A stretch of 64,000 nt of DNA from assembly GCA_037447435.1 (NCBI GenBank), contig JBBIGR010000003.1, positions 140,443-204,442 on the forward strand, in the 5' to 3' direction. Source of the DNA: Fibrobacteria bacterium. GTDB lineage: Bacteria; Fibrobacterota; Chitinivibrionia; Chitinivibrionales; FEN-1185. Shown in pieces: positions 57,098 through 64,000 of this stretch; positions within the stretch are counted from its first letter, which is position 1, and each line of letters begins with the position of its first letter. Below the pieces are notes generated by a model. It was given only the letters and a program-made list of their open reading frames with translations, did not search any database and was not told the origin of the DNA. A program made the translations under genes and the position numbers.

Positions 57098-60000
57098 ATG
57101 GAACAATTAGCGTCCGCTGTTTCGATGGTTTGGATATTTGCGCATCTTGCAATTGCCGCTACCCAAATTGGCGCGATTACCTCCGCGCCCGTCGTATCGG
57201 GTAACACGGTGCTTTTCAAGTGTGCTAATGCTCAGGTTCAGGTTAAATTCTGCGGTCAGGATATTGTCAAAGTTTGGTGTGACGAGGATTCGGTATTTAA
57301 AAGAACCGATCCGGGATGGTTTTCTACCAAATCATTCGCCGTCGAGACTGAAGATTTGGGTGGTCCGAGTATCGTAACCGTTGCCAATAAAGGATCATAC
57401 TACGAAATTATAACGGACAATCTTTTATTACGCGTTCAAGCCAATCCCTTCGGTATTTCTTTTTATGATAAGGCCGGAGTCTTGCTCAGCAGCGATTATG
57501 CCTCGTCGACAACCATCAAGTGCCGCTGGATCGATAAAGGAATCATGTTCCTTGCGGATGACGGTACCAAAGTGACTTACGGCACGGATTCGACCGGCGA
57601 TGCCGCCCAATGGATATTTTCCTATCGAAACGACAGTTGTACGATTATGAACAAAGCGACCGGGCATTATATGAACATAGAGAACGGGCGCGATTACGTC
57701 GAATGTTCCGCTATGCAAACCATGGCGCCGAGCGCATGGTGGGTTCGCGAAAATGCAGATCCATATTGTCGGATACGAAATACGACAACACCCAACAAAT
57801 ATATACAAACGGAGAATACAAAAGGCTATGCCCAATGCGATACCGTTCAGACTACTTGGTATAGCGCACAATGGTCCATTTCCGGGGCCGACGGATTTTC
57901 TTGGGATAAATCCACGGGCGAAAAAAGTTGTAGGAAGCAAATGCAGAATGGTGAGAACTTTTTCGGTTTGGGCCAAAGCCGGAAGGGATTCAATAAAACC
58001 GGTATCTCCATTATCAATTGGAACCGCGATTTGCTCGGAACAGGGCAGCCGTGGGATTTAGGGGTTGATACTGCCGGCAATTATTATACGTCGCAACCGT
58101 TTGTCATCAGCACTAAAGGATACGGACTTTTTTTTGACAACACCTCCCGGACAAAATTCGACTTGGGCAAGGATAACCCCGGATCCTGGTATTTTGGTAC
58201 ACTCAGCCCAGCGGCAGCCGGCCAGATGATTTATTATTTCATTTTCGGACCCGACATGAAAAAAGTGGTCACCCGCTTCACCGACCTTACGGGCAAGACT
58301 TTTTTCCCGCCGCGCTGGGCACTTGGACATATGCAAAGTCATTGGGGGTATAAACAATCGGACATAGAAAGTATTTCATCGACATACCGCCAAAAAAACA
58401 TTCCGTGCGATGCAATGATTGCGGACATCGATTGGTATGCCTGTCAATGCGCCCCGGTCGGGTGGAATGGTTCCAATTTTGCAAACGGTCCCGGACTGAT
58501 CGCAAATCTTCACAACAACGGGTTCAAATTCCTTCGTATCGACGATCCCAACGTTTCCGACAATCAGGGTGCCTGCACTCAAGCGTTTTCTATCGGTAAC
58601 TCGAATAATTATTTTGTCCGGAATGCGCAGAACCAACCGAGCAAGGTAATTTGGCCTTGGGGCGGCTCGTCGGGGCTCGTTGATTTTTTCAATACCGATG
58701 CTTCGCATTGGTGGAGTTCGCTTCAACAGCCCCGAATGGCCGAGGGACTTGACGGAATGTGGTGCGATATGAATGAACCGGCCCTCAGCAATACCGACAT
58801 GCAGTTCTATTCTTCGTCAAACACTTCTCTCGGAGGACTTGCCGAGCTCCATAACGTCTACGGCCTCGCTCATGTAAGGAGTAATTTCAACGGCATGCGT
58901 GCCTATTTCGATTCCACGTCGAGAAATCATAACCGTACTTTTATACTTTGTCGGTCGGGTTACAGCGGTCAGCAAAAATATTCGCTGAACTGGTCGGGCG
59001 ATATATCCCGCAATTGGGACTGGCTTGCTTCACAGGTGTATCAAGGAATGAGCGAAGGATTATGCGGGTATGCGCTGTGGGCGCACGATGTGGGCGGGTT
59101 TACCGGGGCAATCGCCACCGAGGAACTCGAAGCGCGCTGGTTCGAATTCGGCGCATTGTCTCCGGTTTCAAGGATTCATTATTCCAATGGTGATCACGCG
59201 CAGGAACCATGGCAATACGGGTCCTCGGCCGAAGCCATCGCCCGAAAATATATACAGATGCGCTATCGTCTCAAACCCTATTTGTATACCGAGCTTGCCC
59301 AGAGCATTGTGTTTAAAACAGGACTTCCGCTTATGCGTCCGCTCGTGCTCGAGTATCCGACCGATACGAAAACGTATGATTTGAATGATGAATATCTGAT
59401 TGGTTCATCCATGCTTATCGCGCCGGTAGTTACCGGCGGAGCCACAACCCGGTCGGTTTACTTGCCGGCAGGAATATGGATCGATTATTGGGACGGAACC
59501 ACGCAAACAGGGCCGACTACCATTGCGTCATATTCCGCGCCGCTCGACAAAGTGCCGATATTCATTAAGGCCGGAACGATTCTCCCGCAATATCCGCTTA
59601 TGAATTTCGATGGGGAAAAACCGGCCGACACTCTTACGCTGGACGTGTTTCCCAACCAATCGACCTCGTATTCTCTATACGAAGACGACGGGGTCACTAC
59701 TGCTTATCAACAGGGCAATTATTCGACAACCGACATAAGCAGCATCGGCAATGCCGATGGGGGAGGTGTGCAAATAAACGTGGCTGCAGCCAAAGGAACA
59801 TTTTCCGGAAAGCTTTCAACGCGCGCGTATAATTTTGTTGTCCACTATTCAAAAAAACCCGATAGCGTTTGCATAAATCAAAAGCCATTGTCCTTGGTTT
59901 CCGATACGGTTGCTTTGGCCAATATAACCGCAGGGTGGTGTTATGTTGCAGGAGACCGGAAAGGGACAGTACGCATTAAAACCGCTAAAATCCAGGCTGC

Positions 60001-60331
60001 CGAAGCCTTTGTCGTGACGCTCGACCGTGCAATAACGGGAACTATTCTTACTTCGCAGAACATGAAAGCATTTTCCAGTGTCGGTATAGCATATGTTAAT
60101 AAGCAAATCATCGCGACGTTCGGTACGACGTTTTCCGGGTCAATTTCCGTTGCCGTGTACGGCATAAACGGCAAATGCATTTCACGCGGTCGGAAAACAA
60201 TCAAAACCGGTTCGCGCATCGTTGTATGGAACGGTGAAAACTCTTGGGGAAAAGCCGTTGCCCGAGGGCAATACCTTGTCGAATTAACATATGGTAATGC
60301 CCGGCTGTTGAAAAAATGCATAATAAATTGA
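57098..60331 (+). CDS. Secreted GH31 alpha-glycosidase with inserted beta-trefoil and FlgD-type tail
   Basis: PPRWALG, DIDW, WCDMNEP, WSGDI, HDVGGF, YEDDGVT; tail WNGENSWG..GQYLV. Confidence 0.92.
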   Translation: MEQLASAVSMVWIFAHLAIAATQIGAITSAPVVSGNTVLFKCANAQVQVKFCGQDIVKVWCDEDSVFKRTDPGWFSTKSFAVETEDLGGPSIVTVANKGSYYEIITDNLLLRVQANPFGISFYDKAGVLLSSDYASSTTIKCRWIDKGIMFLADDGTKVTYGTDSTGDAAQWIFSYRNDSCTIMNKATGHYMNIENGRDYVECSAMQTMAPSAWWVRENADPYCRIRNTTTPNKYIQTENTKGYAQCDTVQTTWYSAQWSISGADGFSWDKSTGEKSCRKQMQNGENFFGLGQSRKGFNKTGISIINWNRDLLGTGQPWDLGVDTAGNYYTSQPFVISTKGYGLFFDNTSRTKFDLGKDNPGSWYFGTLSPAAAGQMIYYFIFGPDMKKVVTRFTDLTGKTFFPPRWALGHMQSHWGYKQSDIESISSTYRQKNIPCDAMIADIDWYACQCAPVGWNGSNFANGPGLIANLHNNGFKFLRIDDPNVSDNQGACTQAFSIGNSNNYFVRNAQNQPSKVIWPWGGSSGLVDFFNTDASHWWSSLQQPRMAEGLDGMWCDMNEPALSNTDMQFYSSSNTSLGGLAELHNVYGLAHVRSNFNGMRAYFDSTSRNHNRTFILCRSGYSGQQKYSLNWSGDISRNWDWLASQVYQGMSEGLCGYALWAHDVGGFTGAIATEELEARWFEFGALSPVSRIHYSNGDHAQEPWQYGSSAEAIARKYIQMRYRLKPYLYTELAQSIVFKTGLPLMRPLVLEYPTDTKTYDLNDEYLIGSSMLIAPVVTGGATTRSVYLPAGIWIDYWDGTTQTGPTTIASYSAPLDKVPIFIKAGTILPQYPLMNFDGEKPADTLTLDVFPNQSTSYSLYEDDGVTTAYQQGNYSTTDISSIGNADGGGVQINVAAAKGTFSGKLSTRAYNFVVHYSKKPDSVCINQKPLSLVSDTVALANITAGWCYVAGDRKGTVRIKTAKIQAAEAFVVTLDRAITGTILTSQNMKAFSSVGIAYVNKQIIATFGTTFSGSISVAVYGINGKCISRGRKTIKTGSRIVVWNGENSWGKAVARGQYLVELTYGNARLLKKCIIN

Positions 60332-60635
60332 AACCATTGTCCTTTTCTTCAAACGATTGCCGCCTGTTGCAGCCGGTAGCTACATTGTAACTATTCTATT
60401 CGGCAATGGTGAAAAATCCGACAGTATATGTCGGGTAGAAAATTACTGGTCGCTTTCGCAATGTTTTCGGTCGTTTTAACAATACCTAAACCAGCCGTTT
60501 TTCCTTATCCTTATACATATCTTTCCAAAAATGGATTTTTGGGGTACAATACAAGTGACAATGAAAATACCGTTTTCAAAAACTTTGCATCTCGTTAGAA
60601 ATGCTTTTTAACGTATGCGTTTTAATGGAGTGACT

Positions 60636-62102
60636 ATGGACACCGTATATTGCAGAAAATTCTTCAATCATATCACCTTCATCGGAATTTTTCTTGCAAG
60701 CGTTACTGCGTATCCGACCACTCCGAGTGCTGCGATAATCACCGGCAGAATAACGGATTCGCTGCACAATCCGTTGAGCGGGACAATCGTTCGTCTGGCG
60801 AATGCCAATTTGGTCGATACGACAAAGCTCGATGGCACTTTTTCATTTAATTTGCAAGTCGGAAACCGGGTAACTTCCGTTTCCGCTTCGCAGGCGGCAT
60901 TTAGTTCTATAGGAGACAAAGTCCGAATCGAGAGCAATATCGGCCAGACCATGCAGTTTCGAATGTACGATTATGCCGGACGTTTGTGTTCGGCTATTGC
61001 TGCACGGAAATTGGCAAGAGGAACAAATGTTATACGATTTGATAAAACGGAATTGCCGGCGACCGAAGGTTCCTATATCATGTCCGCAATGGCGCCGGAA
61101 TTCTATGCACAGTGGAAAATCATGATTGTTTCGGGGAAGATGCAAACATCGGTTCTTTCGCAAAGGCGGACCGCGCAACTTGCGAAATCCGGTTCCATCG
61201 CGGATTCTCTTGTAATTTCGAAACCTGGTTATCAAAACGCAATTCATGAACTTGCGAGCGTTGCCGGGCAGGATTTGGGAGACATAATACTTTCTCCATT
61301 CATCATTGCGATTATGAGCTTTAATATTCGAGGGCCGTATGATACCGGAACGAATGCCTGGGCCAATCGCCGCGATAAAGTAATTACGGTTATAAATACC
61401 TATCACCCCGATGTGATAGGGTTCCAGGAACTGGTACCTGAATACATGGCCGACATTGTAACCGGTTGCCCGCATTATGCCTTTTACGGAATAGGTCGCG
61501 AATCGACCGGACTGGGTGAATCGAGTCGTATCCTATACCGGTCAGATATCTGGCGAATCGACAGCAGTAATGCGGGAACGTTCTGGTACAGTCCGACGCC
61601 CAACATTCCCGGGTCTATGGGATGGGGAGAAACCTATCCTCGCATCTGCACGCATGCACGCCTTGTCAACAAACAGACCGGCGTCAGTTTTTATCATTTT
61701 AACAGCCATTGGGCATATGAATCGCAGAAGGCGCAGGACAGTACCTCGAAAATGTTGATCGACAGTATGGCCCATCGCCGGTTTACGGATGTTCCTGCAG
61801 TTGTAACGGGAGATTTTAATGCGACGGATGCGAACAGTGCCGTTGTGTATTTGAAACAGAACACCATACTTCCGCTGTCAGATACCTATCGACTGCTCTA
61901 TCCGAATGCCCCAAACAGCGGGACATTTCATAACTGGACCGGAACTCAAACTGGTGATAAAATCGATTATATTCTTGTGCCGCAAAACACGTTTACCGAC
62001 CTTGCGGCCGAGATTATTCACTATCAAGTAAATAATTTGTATCCGTCGGACCATTTTCCCATTTATGCTGAAATCAGATTTACCAAAAATCCCGGATATT
62101 GA
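60636..62102 (+). CDS. Secreted endonuclease/exonuclease/phosphatase (EEP) family protein
   Basis: MSFNIR, DVIGFQE, TGDFN, KIDYI, PSDHFPI; N-terminal accessory region like that of the GH3. Confidence 0.88.
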   Translation: MDTVYCRKFFNHITFIGIFLASVTAYPTTPSAAIITGRITDSLHNPLSGTIVRLANANLVDTTKLDGTFSFNLQVGNRVTSVSASQAAFSSIGDKVRIESNIGQTMQFRMYDYAGRLCSAIAARKLARGTNVIRFDKTELPATEGSYIMSAMAPEFYAQWKIMIVSGKMQTSVLSQRRTAQLAKSGSIADSLVISKPGYQNAIHELASVAGQDLGDIILSPFIIAIMSFNIRGPYDTGTNAWANRRDKVITVINTYHPDVIGFQELVPEYMADIVTGCPHYAFYGIGRESTGLGESSRILYRSDIWRIDSSNAGTFWYSPTPNIPGSMGWGETYPRICTHARLVNKQTGVSFYHFNSHWAYESQKAQDSTSKMLIDSMAHRRFTDVPAVVTGDFNATDANSAVVYLKQNTILPLSDTYRLLYPNAPNSGTFHNWTGTQTGDKIDYILVPQNTFTDLAAEIIHYQVNNLYPSDHFPIYAEIRFTKNPGY

Positions 62103-62220
62103 TTGTTTTCCGCGCTTTTATAATTTCCTCAGATCGTCGACCGGGTTTCCCGTGCCGGTTCCGCCGTATTCGCAATTAAGGATAATGATGGGATAACGTC
62201 GCATGGTAGAATTTATTAAT

Positions 62221-63117
62221 TTACCGATGCGACAGCTGCCGCAGGTTTGCCAGTTCATTGGCCCATGGAATCGAATTGGCGGCGCCTTTTCGCATCACGC
62301 AAACCGACGCCGCTCTATTTGCCCACTCAAGCGACTGATACAACGGCATTCCCCGTTGTTGTCCCGCAAGGAAATAGCCGATGAACGTATCTCCCGCACC
62401 GGTGGTATCGACAACATCGACAGGGCATGCCGAAATTGAATGCGTGCATCCGTTCGTATTGTATAGGAGTCCGCGAGCGCCCAATGTCAGAACAACCTGA
62501 GCATTCGGATATATCTCACGCATGGCGGCGATGATTTCTTGCGGGCTTTTCTTTGATGTCAAATTTTCCCCTTCCACTTCGTTTAATATGAATATCGATA
62601 CCTTTTCAAGAGGGTATCCCGGAATTTCCTGATCCATCGGGGCGGGATTGAAACAAATTGTCAAGCCCTTTTCATACGATGAATCGATTATATGGGGAAT
62701 ATTGTTTATTTCGTTTTGTATAAGCACGAGATCCCCGGCTATGGCATTCTCCAAGGCATCATCGATTTCGGCATTGGTTATAAGCCTGTTTGTTCCGCCA
62801 AAACAAACGATGGAATTCTGGCCGTTTTTATCAACCTGCACAATTGCATGGCCGGTCAAATCTTCCGAAACCGCAAGTTGGGTGATATCGACGCCGTCAT
62901 TTTTCAATATTTTGGAAATCCATTCGCCGTCTCGTCCTATTTTTCCGATATGCGTAACTGCTCCGCCGGCTCTTGCGATTGCAATCGATTGGTTCGCGCC
63001 TTTTCCTCCAGGATATACCGCGAAATCGGCACAGGCAACGGTCTCTCCTTCATTTGCAATATGATCGGCCGTGTAGACATAATCGATATTCACCGATCCG
63101 AAATTGAATATTCGCAT
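62221..63117 (-). CDS. rbsK: Ribokinase (PfkB family)
   Basis: GSVNID, GGKGANQ, NPAP, NEVE, VDTTGAGDTF. Confidence 0.9.
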   Translation of the reverse strand: MRIFNFGSVNIDYVYTADHIANEGETVACADFAVYPGGKGANQSIAIARAGGAVTHIGKIGRDGEWISKILKNDGVDITQLAVSEDLTGHAIVQVDKNGQNSIVCFGGTNRLITNAEIDDALENAIAGDLVLIQNEINNIPHIIDSSYEKGLTICFNPAPMDQEIPGYPLEKVSIFILNEVEGENLTSKKSPQEIIAAMREIYPNAQVVLTLGARGLLYNTNGCTHSISACPVDVVDTTGAGDTFIGYFLAGQQRGMPLYQSLEWANRAASVCVMRKGAANSIPWANELANLRQLSHR

Positions 63118-63141
63118 TAAAAATTCCTATTCGTTAATAAA

Positions 63142-64000
63142 TCATTTCTTTTTCAACCATCGATCCAACCGATTACTGCGCGTTCCCATTCTTCCACGGC
63201 GCAACTGATCGAACAGCACTGCGGCAATAATGACCGAACCGATGACGATTTGCTGGACATATGAGGGTACGTTCGTCAGGGTGAGCCCGTTCTGCAGAAC
63301 ACCCATGATAAGAGCGCCGATAAGGGTGCCGAAGACGGTACCGACGCCGCCCGACAGACTGGTCCCGCCGATGATGGCCGCCGCAATCGCGTTCAATTCG
63401 TATCCGTAACCGGCAATCGGTTGTGCAGCGTCAAGTCTTCCGACGAGAATGCACGCGCCAAGCGCACAGGTCAATCCCGAAATCGCGTATGCCGCTATTT
63501 CCATACATGCGACGTTGATGCCCGAAAGGCTTACTGCTTCGCGGTTTCCGCCGATCGCATAGACGTATCTTCCGAACCGTGTTTGAGAAAGGACAAACGC
63601 GGCTATAACCACAACAATACCGGCAATGATGGCCGGGACCGGAATTGGTCCTATATGGCCGGTCCCAAGAAAAGTAAAAGCAGCGGGGAATTGATGAATT
63701 GTTTGGCCGCCGGTGACCATAAGCGCGCATCCGCGCGCCACGCTCATCATGCCGAGCGTGGTTATAAAGGCCGGGACCTTGCATTTGGCAATAAGAAAGC
63801 CGTTGATAAGGCCGCAGAACATGCCGACGCATAGCGCGACAAGCAAGGAAAGGGGAATTCCTATTCCGCTATGCAGGCATGAGCCGAGCACCACGGCAGT
63901 AAGCGCTACTACCGAACCCACCGACAGGTCGATTCCGGCGGTAAGAATGACAAACGTCATTCCGACCGCAACAATGGTGTTGATTGACACCTGCAATAAC
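63142..64000 (-). CDS. rbsC: Ribose-type sugar ABC transporter permease (5' truncated)
   Basis: GIDLSVGS, PAFITTLG, TRFGRYVYAIGGN, YELNAIAAAIIGGTSLSGG. Confidence 0.88.
   Translation of the reverse strand, partial: LLQVSINTIVAVGMTFVILTAGIDLSVGSVVALTAVVLGSCLHSGIGIPLSLLVALCVGMFCGLINGFLIAKCKVPAFITTLGMMSVARGCALMVTGGQTIHQFPAAFTFLGTGHIGPIPVPAIIAGIVVVIAAFVLSQTRFGRYVYAIGGNREAVSLSGINVACMEIAAYAISGLTCALGACILVGRLDAAQPIAGYGYELNAIAAAIIGGTSLSGGVGTVFGTLIGALIMGVLQNGLTLTNVPSYVQQIVIGSVIIAAVLFDQLRRGRMGTRSNRLDRWLKKK

Noticed and set aside
60331..60636. Riboswitch or motif copy upstream of the EEP gene
   Set aside because: Only a short hairpin (CCGACA-gtata-TGTCGG) and weak half-sites; no recognisable aptamer consensus
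1..64000. CRISPR array, tRNA/rRNA, prophage, IS element or anti-phage defence system
   Set aside because: No repeat-spacer array, RNA gene, integrase, transposase or defence motif was recognised by eye; covariance and HMM scans were not run

Overview
Bacterial chromosomal DNA, probably Fibrobacterota (Chitinivibrionia/Chitinispirillales-like). This is inferred from a TIGR02147-type protein, a TIGR02171-like lipoprotein and many T9SS-style sorting tails. No rRNA, tRNA, CRISPR array or intact transposase was seen. 1-8.3 kb: aspartate kinase, AraC regulator, GNAT, B12 radical SAM, AmpG and a secreted DUF2341/LamG protein. 8.4-21.3 kb: one long minus-strand envelope-glycan gene run containing a plant-like UDP-apiose/UDP-xylose synthase, a GT2, an SDR and an AlgI plus two AlgJ/X O-acetylation proteins. 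22-33 kb: housekeeping genes (pdxJ, miaA, ilvD, gmhA) and envelope hypotheticals. 33-62 kb: a dense island of secreted carbohydrate-active proteins (GH3, two GH5, GH8, GH39-like, GH31, CBM11-like, AGE-like, FIST, EEP) without SusC/D. 62-64 kb: ribokinase and a sugar ABC permease. Best candidate new system: a palindrome (C)GTATTC-N5-GAATAC(G) in five upstream regions of the island, with a near-fixed layout. A -10-like hexamer starts 56 nt after the right half-site in three regions, and a second GAATAC follows at 97, 98, 97 and 87 nt in four. The island's only apparent DNA-binding protein is an uncharacterised TIGR02147 HTH protein coupled to a carbohydrate-binding lipoprotein. Second candidate: an apiose-synthesis plus O-acetylation surface-glycan locus. 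All family calls come from motif recognition by eye, not database searches.
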